Of a DNA stretch of 64,000 bases, positions 28,649 through 39,026 are shown piece after piece. Origin of the DNA: a virus. The stretch lies in the IMG/VR virus record IMGVR_UViG_3300035670_000083, positions 1 through 64,000 of that record; one strand, given 5' to 3'. Made by a program: the position numbers and the translations under genes. Numbering within the stretch: the first letter of the stretch is position 1; every line of letters begins with the position of its first letter. The notes beneath the pieces are model-generated. The model was not told the DNA's origin and did no database searches. It saw only the letters and a program-made list of their open reading frames with translations.

Positions 28649-31120
28649 ATGTCAAAAAATAAAGGAACCTTAGTATCATCACCAATAAGACCACTCTCAA
28701 GTGGAATGCAAATACCTACAGCATTTTCAAATGAACTGTTAGGAGGATATCATACAGTTGTAGATATAACTGAAAGAAACAATATATCTTTAGAGAGAAG
28801 ACAATTCGGTATGCTAGTTTATGTGGTAAATGATAATGATTTTTATCAATTATTACAAGTTAGTAGTGTTAATTTATCAGATAATTCCAATTGGCAACAG
28901 ATAAACATTTCTGGTGTGCCTACAACTACAGAATGGTTAGATTCGGTAATTGCCCGTTCTACTACACCTCCTTTACTACCTTCGATTTCTGATAGGTATT
29001 TAGTTACAGTTGGTACAGGATCTTGGTCAGGTTTGGATGATTTGATTGTGGAATGGGATGGGTCAAATTGGAATCCAACTATACCGTCAGAAGGAACCAC
29101 TTTGAGGGTGGATAACGAAATTAAGGGTATTTACTCTTATTTAGATATAGGTACTATATCACCACAATGGATATTTCAGGAGTTTGTTTCCGATCCTTTT
29201 TTTGTTAAGCATAGTGTCACTGCTAGTGAAACTATAAATGTTGGTACTAATTCACATTATTTAGTATATGGTAATTTAAATGTAGATGGACAGATTAACA
29301 ATTGGGGTAAAGTAGTAGTTTTGAATGGTACTGTTAGTGGTACTGGAACTGTAAGTAATTTTGGAAGTGGAATTTTACAACAAGCTGAACTTTTAACTGA
29401 TGTTACTTCTGGTATAGGAATAACAATTTCTTCTCCAACTTTAGGAACAAGAGTAGTTTCGACTAATTTATCTGCTGGTAGTGGAATAACTTTTTCTACC
29501 GGAACTGGATCTGAATTGATAATTTCACAAATTCCTCCTACTTTTCCAGGTGGAAGACCTAAATACTTAATACAGGCGGGTGAGACTGTTTCTGTTCCAA
29601 ATTATGAAGAATATTATATTTATGGTGATTTAGAAGTACAAGGTGTTTTAGATATAGCAACATTTGGAAAAGTGGTTGTTACAAATGGTAATTTGATTTC
29701 AGCTTCTGGATCAATTATAAATAATATTGGCAATGTTGAGATTTATGATCTTTTGACAGTAGCTGATGATAATTTAAAGGTTGATATATCTGAAATAAAG
29801 TATGGTAAAGAGGGAAGAATTCTTTTTGAAAGCGAATTGAAATATATTCCGATCATTGGCACTTCAGCCAGAGTTGTAACTGAATCTGATGATTTAGTTT
29901 ATGCTACTTCATCGGCTTATACTACATCAACTACATCAACTACATTTGATAGATATTTAGGATTATCAACTGATGATCCACAAAAGAAATTACATATTGT
30001 GAATTCTGGTATCTTGATAGATGGTATTGAATCAGAGCAAGATGAGAGTTTAGGAGATTCTAATTGGGCGAGATTTGTTATTGATACATCTACTTCTAAT
30101 ACTAATACTTTAATGGATTTAAGAAATGATCAAGGAAGGGTACTTTATGTAGATGGTGATATTATTGGTGGATTAAGGCATCCATCAGTTTCAATTGGAA
30201 GAACTGCATCTGGTACAATATTTAATGTTTCTGATTATTATGGAAATGATTATTTCTCAATAGGAGCAACTGGCAGTTTAAGTATAGGTACTATATCAAA
30301 TGATAATACAGTTGATAAAATAATAGGTTGGGATTCATCTACATCAGAAGTGAAATATATTTCTGCTTCATTAGAAGATACTGGATGGGTTGATTTAGAA
30401 GGATTTGATTTCTATACAGGAACTGTAGCCAAGCCACAAGTAAGAAGAATAGGTAAAGTTTTACATTTTAGAGGAAAATTATATGTACCGATTGCTGATT
30501 CTGTAACTGGAGAGCCTATTAGCTTGGTCAATTCTAATTCCTATTTATCAGTAGCCAGTGCTACTCCTTCTCAAACGGGAACAGGTTCAGTGTCAGTAAA
30601 TAATTTTGGAAGCTTGACATTTAACCAAGGATCGTCAGTAATACCATCTTCTGTTTTTAGTGGTTCTTTAGATAATGATTATTTTATACAGAATATTGGA
30701 TTGAGACCTATTAATGTTTCTACAGGATCAACTTGTTTGTCAACTTTTGTTCGTATAATAATTTTGACAAATGGAAGGCTTCTTATACAAACTATTTTTG
30801 ATAGTGAGGATACTACTGGTACTCCTGCATTATATATCGGAAGTTCACATTTGAGGTTAATCATTTCTAGAGTTAGATCTGGTGAATATTTACCTGCTTA
30901 TGGTGGTACTCAACCTGGTTCTGGTCTTGCAAATAGAGGAGAGGGAGTAGGTGGATCTAATACTTCTTATATTCACAGTTTTACTCAATCAAATACTTTA
31001 ACAAATTTACAGGCTGATACTTGGAATGTTACCTATCCTTTTGACTGTGACGCTGGAGATCCTAATTTCTTAGGAGGTTTCTTGTTTGATTTGGACAGTT
31101 TAAAGGCATTTATTAATTAA
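28649..31120 (+). CDS. Virion structural protein (tail fibre/baseplate-like)
   Basis: 823 aa, G/S/T-rich beta-strand composition, DUF2793-like RYLV..GTGSWSG.D..IVEWDG segment, internal repeats. Confidence 0.6.
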   Translation: MSKNKGTLVSSPIRPLSSGMQIPTAFSNELLGGYHTVVDITERNNISLERRQFGMLVYVVNDNDFYQLLQVSSVNLSDNSNWQQINISGVPTTTEWLDSVIARSTTPPLLPSISDRYLVTVGTGSWSGLDDLIVEWDGSNWNPTIPSEGTTLRVDNEIKGIYSYLDIGTISPQWIFQEFVSDPFFVKHSVTASETINVGTNSHYLVYGNLNVDGQINNWGKVVVLNGTVSGTGTVSNFGSGILQQAELLTDVTSGIGITISSPTLGTRVVSTNLSAGSGITFSTGTGSELIISQIPPTFPGGRPKYLIQAGETVSVPNYEEYYIYGDLEVQGVLDIATFGKVVVTNGNLISASGSIINNIGNVEIYDLLTVADDNLKVDISEIKYGKEGRILFESELKYIPIIGTSARVVTESDDLVYATSSAYTTSTTSTTFDRYLGLSTDDPQKKLHIVNSGILIDGIESEQDESLGDSNWARFVIDTSTSNTNTLMDLRNDQGRVLYVDGDIIGGLRHPSVSIGRTASGTIFNVSDYYGNDYFSIGATGSLSIGTISNDNTVDKIIGWDSSTSEVKYISASLEDTGWVDLEGFDFYTGTVAKPQVRRIGKVLHFRGKLYVPIADSVTGEPISLVNSNSYLSVASATPSQTGTGSVSVNNFGSLTFNQGSSVIPSSVFSGSLDNDYFIQNIGLRPINVSTGSTCLSTFVRIIILTNGRLLIQTIFDSEDTTGTPALYIGSSHLRLIISRVRSGEYLPAYGGTQPGSGLANRGEGVGGSNTSYIHSFTQSNTLTNLQADTWNVTYPFDCDAGDPNFLGGFLFDLDSLKAFIN

Positions 31121-31379
31121 GTGAATTCAATAAATTTTCCAAGTTATCTTTATTGAATCCATGTAGTGGTTTTCCTCCTAGTTTAAGGTATTCTTGATAT
31201 AATTGGTTGTAATCATCCCAAGTATATAATTGTCCAGTTATTTCTGAATAAATAACTCCTGTATCATTTTGAGTTATGGTTTTATTTTGTAATTTAGTAT
31301 TACCATAATTTGGACCGACTTGTCCTATAAGTTCTGTACCAGATATTGATTCTTTGAATTGTTTGAAATTTTTAATCAT
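31113..31379 (-). CDS. Hypothetical protein with MIKNFKQFKES leader
   Basis: Leader motif. Confidence 0.6.
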   Translation of the reverse strand: MIKNFKQFKESISGTELIGQVGPNYGNTKLQNKTITQNDTGVIYSEITGQLYTWDDYNQLYQEYLKLGGKPLHGFNKDNLENLLNSLN

Positions 31380-31852
31380 TTTTCAACTGGTATTTTTTCA
31401 TAGAATTCATCTACTTCTTCTAATGAATAAAAATCTTTATCAAAGTTATAATTTAGTTCATAAAAGAAATTATCCTTTAGCTCTATTTCTTCTCCATTTG
31501 ATAGTTCAATAAAAGTTTTGTCCAATTCGTAATTATTGTAAATAGATTTAATAGGTAAACTAATTTTACCATTTCTATCTATCAGATTACAAATTATTTT
31601 AATATTAGATTCAATTAGTTCTAATATTTTAGTGAAGGTTGAATCTTTTGTCATCATTTTGTAATCTTTGAAATCTTCATCACTTGTTTTATCAAATTCA
31701 CTTAAAAAACTTTGTTCTCTTTTAGAGATTCTTAGTCCTTTGTTCATTTTATCCAATATTTGATTCAGTCTAGTTTCTTTGAAACTGGACTCATTTATGT
31801 TCAAATATTTTAGGAATTTCTTAAATGACATAATATTAGTTTTATTTTCCAT
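31376..31852 (-). CDS. Hypothetical protein with leader and LNQILDK motif
   Basis: Start at MENKTN follows TAATATATA; IMSFKKFLKYLNINE leader. Confidence 0.55.
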   Translation of the reverse strand: MENKTNIMSFKKFLKYLNINESSFKETRLNQILDKMNKGLRISKREQSFLSEFDKTSDEDFKDYKMMTKDSTFTKILELIESNIKIICNLIDRNGKISLPIKSIYNNYELDKTFIELSNGEEIELKDNFFYELNYNFDKDFYSLEEVDEFYEKIPVEK

Positions 31853-31911
31853 TAAGTATATATTAAGGATTGGATTTAAATTTATATATAGAATATAATT
31901 AAAAGTTAGAA

Positions 31912-34900
31912 ATGGATCAAAGACTCTTAGACGCACTTAATAATTTATCATTAGCCTTAGAGGAACTTAATGAATCACTCGATAAAACAAAATCAGGTGA
32001 GGCAAAAAGTGATGTGGGAACTACTTTACAATCTGGAGATTTTGGTAACACTTTGAAAGAAATAAGTGTTGGTATTAAATCTATCAAAGATGATACTAAA
32101 AAGATTTTAGATAATCAACAAACTTTGATTAAAATGCAAAAAGAACAATCATCTTCTGAAACAAAAGTATTTGAAGAATCAGGAGGTGGGAAAACCAAAC
32201 AAATGATTAAAGACGGAGTAGCAGTTATCGGTTTAATTGCTGGAGCTGTTCTTGCCATTGGGTTGGCTTTTAAAATAATAGGAAATGTTGATTTTGTTTC
32301 AGTTATCGCTTTATCCTTATCATTACCTCTCATAGCAAAGGCTTTTGCTATGGTTAGTGAGATAGAAAATTTAGATATTGGAACGATTGGTTTAGTTAGT
32401 TTTGCTTTGGTAACAATGTCTTTAGGATTGATGTTATCTTCTCATATTTTATCTGCTGTTGCTCCTGTTGGATTCTTACAATTGATTACTGTTATAGGTA
32501 TTTCAGCCGCATTTGGAGCAGCTTCTTTAGGTTTAGGTAAATTAATAAATTCTATCGGAAAAATGAATCCTGCTATGGCGATTGCTGCTTCTTTCTTGAT
32601 GCCGATAGTTTTAGTGGCTTTCAGTTATGCAGTAATGTTATCATCTAATATATTGAATCAAGTTCAGCCTATTGGATTAGCACAGGCTTTCACTACTATA
32701 CTTATTTCGGTTGCTTTTGGAGCGGCGGCTTTTGGGCTTGGAAAATTAGTAGAGGGTCTTGGTAAGTTGAACCCTGCTATGGCGATAAATGCTGCTTTGA
32801 TAATGCCAATTGTTTTGGTGGCTTTAAGTGCTGCTATAGTAGCTTCTTCTTATTTATTAAGTGCTGTTCAACCAATTGGGTTTACACAGGCTTTAACAGC
32901 AATATTCATTTCAGCTATGTTTGTTGTTTTATCTTATTCTGTTAAGCCTCTTTTAGAGGGAGTTAATGGTGTAAATTATGTAGATATAGAGAAGGGTGTT
33001 TTAGTTATTTTGGCATTAGTTACTGCTGTTTCTTTAGCATCTGGAATAATAAATAGTTTATATTCACCAGTTTCTATTGGAACTACTTTTAATATGGCTA
33101 TATTTTCAATCGGTGTTATGATAAGTACATTGACTTTAGGTTTGGCCGTAAAAGGACTTACTATGTTAGGGATTACTAATCCTGCTACTTTACTCAAAGG
33201 TGCTTTTGCGATAGTTGTTTTAGCTGGAGTTATTGCATTGAGCTCTCATGTATTGGGAATGGGTAGTTATGGAAATTATCCCAGTTTAGATTGGGCATTG
33301 GGTGTTTCTTTGAGTTTACTTTCATTTGGTATTGGAGTTGCGGCTTTGGGGTTGATTGTAATGTCGGGTATTGGTGCAGTTGCTTTAGTTGCTGGTGCGG
33401 CAGCAATAGTTGGCGTTGCTGGAACTATTGTTTTAGTTTCGGGAATATTATCTAAAGGAGTTTATGAAAATTTTCCAAGTTTAGAATGGGCTAAAGGAGT
33501 TGGGACTTCCTTACTTATGTTTGCTTCTGCTATAGTAGTTTTGGGTGTTATAAATAGTGTTGGTGGTATTGCTGAAACATTGACTTTTGGAGTAGTAGAT
33601 AATCCAATCGAATCAGGAATATCGGCTATATTAATGATTGCATCATCTATGGTTTTGGTTGCTAATATATTATCCTCAGGTGATTATTCTAATTATCCAG
33701 ATTTGTCTTGGTCTTTAGGAGTCGGAACTTCATTGATGGTATTTGCTTCTCAAATGATGTTATTTTCTATGATATCACCTTTTGTTGTACCAGGAATTTT
33801 TGTTGTAAATATGTTAGTATCTACAATTTCTCATATTGACAATATTTTTTCAACTGGTGATTTTAATACTTATCCTGGTGAAGATTGGATAGATTCTTCT
33901 GTATCGATTTTGGGTAAATTTGCAAATTTATCATATAGATTGAGTGATATGTTACTTCCAATAATACTTGGTAATATTGTATTATTAGACATATCTAGAT
34001 TAGTTTCTAATGTAGATATATTATTTTCTAAAGGAAACTGGGAAATATTCCCTAAAGATGAATGGACTGAATCTACAATACTTTTATTTGGTGAATATGC
34101 TAAACTATCTGTTATGTTAGGAATATTTGCTATTCCTATAAGTATTGGTAATATTATTACCTTGGGTATGGCATCTATGATATCAATTATTGATTTTATT
34201 TTCAGTAAAGGAAACTGGGAAACTTATCCAAATAACGAGTGGGTAGATTCTACAATATTTGGTTTAGTCAGTTATGCTAAACTTTCTACTTTTTTAACTA
34301 TGTCAGCTGGATCAATTATATTCGGTTCATTTATTGGAAATTTATTAGCCTATTCTATATTGAATATAGATAAGATATTTTCACAAGGAAATTGGGATTC
34401 TTTACCTGAAAGAAAATGGATAGAAGATTTGGAATATGTTTTTGTTCGTTTTTCTAATTTGATGAATACAGATTTTGATTTAGGATTTTTAGGTTTTGGA
34501 TTATTCACAGGTACTTATAAATTAGAAAAAATGGCTAATACTATATTAGATATCGATAAGATATTTTCACAAGGTAATTTCAATAATTTCCCTACTAAGA
34601 ATTGGATCGATGGTATATTCGAATCATTGTTAAGTTTAAATAAATGGTTATCTAAGATGTCAGATGATGATTTAGATATGAAATCTGGTATTCTTGATAA
34701 AAGTTCGGTTAGTTTGATGGTTGGTAATATAACTAGTTTGGCTATGGGTTTTGATATGTTATCTAATTCAATATCCAAGTTCTCTCAGTCAGTTAATGGT
34801 ATAAACTTAGAAAATATTGAAGCTATTAAGTCTATGACATCAAATGTTATTCTACTTTCTTTGATGGATCCTGATATGTTTGAAGAAGTCATGGAAAAAT

Positions 34901-35397
34901 TAGAAGAAAAGGGTGGAGTTTTTCGTGACCTGGTAAATAATTTTGAAGAACAGAAAAAAGGAGGAGGAATCAGTATAGGTTCTGCTGTTTCTGGTGGTTC
35001 ACCGAAAGCTGATCCAAATTTAACTCAATTACAAGAAATGAACAAAAAATTAGACACAATGACTGCTGTTCTTTCTAATATATCAAATGTTGTTTCTGGT
35101 GATTTAAGAACTTATCTTTTGGAAAATCAAAATAACTCACAGAATATACAAACAACCTCAAGGTCTGATAAAAGATTAAAGAATATAATCAGAAAAGTAG
35201 GTGTATCAGAATTAGGAATTAATATTTATGAGTTCACATATAAGTTCAATAGTCATCAAATTTATCAAGGTGTAATAGCTCAAGAGTTGATAGGAACTGA
35301 ATTTGAATCAGCTCTTGTTACAGATAAGAATGGTTACTATTCTGTTGATTACACTAAATTAGATGTTGACTTTAAAAAATTAAACAAACTTAAATAA
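31912..35397 (+). CDS. Tape-measure-like protein with C-terminal intramolecular chaperone (peptidase S74) domain
   Basis: 1161 aa; long Ala/Gly/Leu hydrophobic repeats; C-terminal RSDKRLKNII...YQGVIAQE...YSVDY. Confidence 0.6.
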   Translation: MDQRLLDALNNLSLALEELNESLDKTKSGEAKSDVGTTLQSGDFGNTLKEISVGIKSIKDDTKKILDNQQTLIKMQKEQSSSETKVFEESGGGKTKQMIKDGVAVIGLIAGAVLAIGLAFKIIGNVDFVSVIALSLSLPLIAKAFAMVSEIENLDIGTIGLVSFALVTMSLGLMLSSHILSAVAPVGFLQLITVIGISAAFGAASLGLGKLINSIGKMNPAMAIAASFLMPIVLVAFSYAVMLSSNILNQVQPIGLAQAFTTILISVAFGAAAFGLGKLVEGLGKLNPAMAINAALIMPIVLVALSAAIVASSYLLSAVQPIGFTQALTAIFISAMFVVLSYSVKPLLEGVNGVNYVDIEKGVLVILALVTAVSLASGIINSLYSPVSIGTTFNMAIFSIGVMISTLTLGLAVKGLTMLGITNPATLLKGAFAIVVLAGVIALSSHVLGMGSYGNYPSLDWALGVSLSLLSFGIGVAALGLIVMSGIGAVALVAGAAAIVGVAGTIVLVSGILSKGVYENFPSLEWAKGVGTSLLMFASAIVVLGVINSVGGIAETLTFGVVDNPIESGISAILMIASSMVLVANILSSGDYSNYPDLSWSLGVGTSLMVFASQMMLFSMISPFVVPGIFVVNMLVSTISHIDNIFSTGDFNTYPGEDWIDSSVSILGKFANLSYRLSDMLLPIILGNIVLLDISRLVSNVDILFSKGNWEIFPKDEWTESTILLFGEYAKLSVMLGIFAIPISIGNIITLGMASMISIIDFIFSKGNWETYPNNEWVDSTIFGLVSYAKLSTFLTMSAGSIIFGSFIGNLLAYSILNIDKIFSQGNWDSLPERKWIEDLEYVFVRFSNLMNTDFDLGFLGFGLFTGTYKLEKMANTILDIDKIFSQGNFNNFPTKNWIDGIFESLLSLNKWLSKMSDDDLDMKSGILDKSSVSLMVGNITSLAMGFDMLSNSISKFSQSVNGINLENIEAIKSMTSNVILLSLMDPDMFEEVMEKLEEKGGVFRDLVNNFEEQKKGGGISIGSAVSGGSPKADPNLTQLQEMNKKLDTMTAVLSNISNVVSGDLRTYLLENQNNSQNIQTTSRSDKRLKNIIRKVGVSELGINIYEFTYKFNSHQIYQGVIAQELIGTEFESALVTDKNGYYSVDYTKLDVDFKKLNKLK

Positions 35398-35412
35398 TTT
35401 CATATATATTTT

Positions 35413-35835
35413 ATGAGCATAGTTAAAGATTTGCGATTATATTTTTCGTATAAAAGTATCATAAAGAAAAATCGAGTTAGGTTAGAATCCGATTTCAATA
35501 TAAGGATTGATGGTGCTGATAGATTATATACGGTTATTAATGTTCCACCTGATTTAATTGGTGAAGCTTATGATTTGAAAAAATCAGATATTGATCGAAT
35601 ATCTGAATCGTATATAAAGGATTATCTTTCTAAAATTGGAAGATATCTGAATAGTATTGGTTTGGCTGAATTATATGATTTTTATGAGCCTATAAAAAAA
35701 GTCGATAAATTATCTTATCTTATTGTTTTAGGATTTAAACCATTGAATTCTGTTGAGATAAATACGATTATTTATAGAATATTATTACCAATAATTGGAA
35801 TTTCTATTATAATAGGATTATTTGTATTTCTGTAA
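35413..35835 (+). CDS. Hypothetical protein with C-terminal transmembrane helix
   Basis: ILLPIIGISIIIGLFVFL at the C-terminus. Confidence 0.55.
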   Translation: MSIVKDLRLYFSYKSIIKKNRVRLESDFNIRIDGADRLYTVINVPPDLIGEAYDLKKSDIDRISESYIKDYLSKIGRYLNSIGLAELYDFYEPIKKVDKLSYLIVLGFKPLNSVEINTIIYRILLPIIGISIIIGLFVFL

Positions 35836-35882
35836 TAAACAAATATACATTTTTATTTTATAATAAAAAAATAATTTTAATT

Positions 35883-36308
35883 ATGAGTAAATTTTATGAA
35901 ATTTCCGAGGATACCATTGAGACGTTCAATGAAGTATTTCTAACAAAATCATTTCCTATTAAAGTAGATTTTCAATTTATAGGAGCCGAAAAACAAAAAC
36001 AATTAATCAAGATTGCGAAGTTACCAGATCAGTATTCTTTTCTTTTGAATAAGGAACTTTTAGTAACTATTAATGAAGATTTATTGAATGTTTTTGATGA
36101 AGAGTCTATCAAGATATTGATAGAACAAGAATTAGATAAGGTTTCTATTGATATAGATAGTGGTAAAATTAAAATGATAAGACCAGATTTAACAACTTTT
36201 GCTTCTATCATAAACAAATATGGAATTGAAAAAGTGAGTAGAGCTAATCAAGTTGAAGAATTGTATCATCAGCAGAAATCTGACGGAGCTGAAGAATTAA
36301 TTTTCTAA
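35883..36308 (+). CDS. Hypothetical protein
   Basis: 141 aa ORF. Confidence 0.55.
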   Translation: MSKFYEISEDTIETFNEVFLTKSFPIKVDFQFIGAEKQKQLIKIAKLPDQYSFLLNKELLVTINEDLLNVFDEESIKILIEQELDKVSIDIDSGKIKMIRPDLTTFASIINKYGIEKVSRANQVEELYHQQKSDGAEELIF

Positions 36309-36330
36309 AATAAAAAATAAAAAAAAAGAT

Positions 36331-36543
36331 ATGAATCAAAAATACTATGAAGCTTTGAAATTAAGATTTGAAGCTAAAATGAAAGAAGCCGAGGCTAATC
36401 TAAGCATTTATCTATCTACCGATAATTTGGCTGCTATCGGAGAACATTCAGATTTAATGGAAGAACAAGAGAAATGGATTGAAGTTTGGGTAGATTCCAA
36501 AGATAAACTCGAATCTTTAAAAGAGTTAAAAAAAATAATATAA
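36331..36543 (+). CDS. Hypothetical protein
   Basis: 70 aa; AAIGEHSDL motif. Confidence 0.55.
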   Translation: MNQKYYEALKLRFEAKMKEAEANLSIYLSTDNLAAIGEHSDLMEEQEKWIEVWVDSKDKLESLKELKKII

Positions 36544-36547
36544 TAAT

Positions 36548-37210
36548 ATGAGTAATGATAAAAAATTCGAAAGTTTAACTGTAAAACCAGATGTAAATTT
36601 CTTTGAAAATGAAGAAATGTTTAGAGTCTTAGACTTTGATGTTGAAGCTAACTTGGATTCTAAGGTAGAATCTGTTGAAAATTACATGATGGAAAATACA
36701 GGTGAAGGAAAAACTGAGCAAGAGAAAGATTCTCTTTATGCAAATGCTCAACAACTATATCTTGAATATAAAAATGAATTAAGAGAAGCTAAATTCAATT
36801 TTTTCTTTAATCGACCACAATATAACTTATTGACTGATTTACTATTGAAAAAATTGGAGTATGATGTTAATACCTTATTCATAGCTTTGGAACTTAATGA
36901 AATGTTAAATTCAATTCATGGAACTAAATTTAAAAATGATAACGATTTAGCTGAAATTAAACTAACAGCAACTGAATTAACTTATGTTTATCATTTGATA
37001 CAAACACATAAAGTTAAAGGTTTGACTCAACAAGCTTTTACTTTCGCTTCTCTTTTGACTAGAATTGGAGACGCATCAAAAATCATAAACTATTATGATG
37101 CGAAGGCAAAAACTTTAGTTGAAGAGATTCAAAAATGGGCTTTGTCATTAGATGGTGGTCAACTATTGATGTCAGAAGTTTTACCAAGTCAAGAAACCAA
37201 TGAAGGATAA
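36548..37210 (+). CDS. Hypothetical protein
   Basis: 220 aa ORF. Confidence 0.55.
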   Translation: MSNDKKFESLTVKPDVNFFENEEMFRVLDFDVEANLDSKVESVENYMMENTGEGKTEQEKDSLYANAQQLYLEYKNELREAKFNFFFNRPQYNLLTDLLLKKLEYDVNTLFIALELNEMLNSIHGTKFKNDNDLAEIKLTATELTYVYHLIQTHKVKGLTQQAFTFASLLTRIGDASKIINYYDAKAKTLVEEIQKWALSLDGGQLLMSEVLPSQETNEG

Positions 37211-37412
37211 CATAAAAGACTTAGTTAGTAGAATTAAAGGATTGAGGCGATTGAGAAATGCCTCAATCCGATATTCTGAATATATTTCGGGATCCTTGGA
37301 TAAAAGCATTTCTTACTCTGATTATTTATCAGATTTGAGTGATTCTTATGGTCCTGATGCAATATCCTATTCAAGTTATTTATCAGAAAATGTTGAAAAA
37401 TCAACTAAGTGA
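37200..37412 (+). CDS. Hypothetical protein with YS(E/D/S)YLS repeats
   Basis: Three copies of I.YS.Y(I/L)S in 70 aa. Confidence 0.4.
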   Translation: MKDNIKDLVSRIKGLRRLRNASIRYSEYISGSLDKSISYSDYLSDLSDSYGPDAISYSSYLSENVEKSTK

Positions 37413-37618
37413 TTAAAATTTTCTTTTATTTTCTGAGGTAGGTTTTTGTGTTTTGTTTTTGCAAAATCTCTTAAAGCTTTTTTACCTTTCTTTTTTCCTT
37501 TTTTCATAAAGGATTTAGCTACTTTTTTTATTTCTTCTGGAACATCTTTAGTTTGTCCTGTTGCGTAAGCATAGGCTGCTCCCATAAGTCTTTGTTGTGA
37601 TTTAGATTTAGAAGGCAT
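37376..37618 (-). CDS. DUF3008-like small basic protein
   Basis: MPSKSKSQQRLMGAA...LRDFAKTKHKNLP. Confidence 0.6.
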   Translation of the reverse strand: MPSKSKSQQRLMGAAYAYATGQTKDVPEEIKKVAKSFMKKGKKKGKKALRDFAKTKHKNLPQKIKENFNHLVDFSTFSDK

Positions 37619-37645
37619 ATAATTTGAGATATTTTTTATTATATA

Positions 37646-38260
37646 TTAAATTGGACAATGTGATGCGGAGTAAATGAATTTCCAATTTCTTTTAATATTC
37701 AATCCTAATGATTCTGCTGTTGTTATAATATCCTCTAAACACTCAGAATCTGATCCTCCAACGATTTCAATATTTTCACCTTTTAATTTTTGAAAAATTT
37801 CATAAAGTTTTTTTGGTAAATGGAACCATTTATGATTATTGCCAATATAAACTATTATAGTTCCTTCTTTTGTTGGAAAGAATTCACCTTTTTTCAATAA
37901 ATTTTTATTTTCTTTTTCTTTTATGTTGTTATAAACTTTTTTATCCAGTATTTTTTTATAGAAATCGGCATTAACATCATAATTGTATCTTTTTTCAATT
38001 AGTTCTTTTTGATTTGTAAAGTGATATAGATCATCATGGATAGGTATTTCGGGTTCTTCGTGATAAAGGTAATCTTTATCTACATTCTTACCTTCTACGT
38101 GGTTGTCCCAAATTTGATAAACATTTTCAAAGTTATTACAATGCTTCTTTAATTCGTTTAAATAAAGTTCTGTAAAGAATTTAGAGAATGACTTTTGTAC
38201 ATCAACAATTATAAGTGAAGTTTTAATATTGTGACTTTCAAATGTTTTAAGATATTTCAT
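37646..38260 (-). CDS. Isochorismatase/cysteine-hydrolase-like protein with MKYLKTFES leader
   Basis: LIIVDVQKSF, IEKRY, VGGSDSECL (Asp-Lys-Cys triad pattern). Confidence 0.6.
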   Translation of the reverse strand: MKYLKTFESHNIKTSLIIVDVQKSFSKFFTELYLNELKKHCNNFENVYQIWDNHVEGKNVDKDYLYHEEPEIPIHDDLYHFTNQKELIEKRYNYDVNADFYKKILDKKVYNNIKEKENKNLLKKGEFFPTKEGTIIVYIGNNHKWFHLPKKLYEIFQKLKGENIEIVGGSDSECLEDIITTAESLGLNIKRNWKFIYSASHCPI

Positions 38261-38274
38261 ACTATTATATATTT

Positions 38275-38303
38275 AAAAACCCACTAAAAATTAGTGGGTT
38301 TTT
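38275..38303. terminator. Intrinsic terminator
   Basis: AAAAACCCACTAA-aaa-TTAGTGGGTTTTT. Confidence 0.8.
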
Positions 38304-38327
38304 AAATAATTTAAAATTTTGTTTTGA

Positions 38328-38975
38328 TTAAAGTGGAAGTTCTTCTTCTCCTTCTTCACCTTCTGTTTCTTCTCCTTCTATTTCCTCGAATTCTCCTTGT
38401 CCCTGAGCTTGTCCTTGCATCTGAGTTTGTCCCTGAGCTTGTCCTTGCATCTGAGCTTGTCCCTGAGCTTGTCCTTGCATCTGAGCTTGTCCCTGAGCTT
38501 GTCCTTGTCCTTGAGCTTGTCCTTGCATCTGAGATTGTCCTTGCATCTGAGTTTGTCCTTGAGATTGTCCTTGCATTTGAGGTTCTTCTTGCATCTGTCC
38601 CTGTCCTTGCATTTGACCTTGTGGTTGTGCTTCCACTTGAATCTGTGCTTGTTGACCTTGAGGTTGAGTCTGTACTTCTCCTTGTCCTTGTGCATCACCA
38701 GTTAAAGCTCCTGCTGGAATTTGATCAACATTTAAGAAGTTCTGTGTTATATATTTTACAACTTCTTCAGCTATATCAACATCACCAAAGAATTGTCTTA
38801 GGTTTTTACCAGTGTTGTCTTTCACTTTCTTAACATAAGCGTTAATCATTGATTGTGGTATGTCAATCATTGTTCTCACCTTATAGATGTCGTTAACTTG
38901 TAGAACAGATTCTTTAATGATCTCTTCTTTTCTTTTTTTGGTTTGATAGTTTCCAAATTTTCTAATATGTTTCAT
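38328..38975 (-). CDS. Protein with MKHIRKF leader and Gln/Gly-rich repeat tail
   Basis: QGQAQMQGQAQ repeats; acidic end. Confidence 0.7.
   Translation of the reverse strand: MKHIRKFGNYQTKKRKEEIIKESVLQVNDIYKVRTMIDIPQSMINAYVKKVKDNTGKNLRQFFGDVDIAEEVVKYITQNFLNVDQIPAGALTGDAQGQGEVQTQPQGQQAQIQVEAQPQGQMQGQGQMQEEPQMQGQSQGQTQMQGQSQMQGQAQGQGQAQGQAQMQGQAQGQAQMQGQAQGQTQMQGQAQGQGEFEEIEGEETEGEEGEEELPL
38395..38580. repeat. Coding tandem repeat (QGQAQMQGQA, about 30 bp unit)
   Basis: CCCTGAGCTTGTCCTTGCATCTGAGCTTGT and variants in tandem. Confidence 0.85.
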
Positions 38976-39026
38976 ATTAATAGATAATTTTTTATATACT
39001 ATATATTAGTTAAAAAAACTCACTTT

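Noticed and set aside
38324-38833. Alternative-frame ORFs 38324..38833, 38378..38698 and 38397..38705
   Set aside because: Shadows of the Gln/Gly tandem repeat in the real minus-strand gene.
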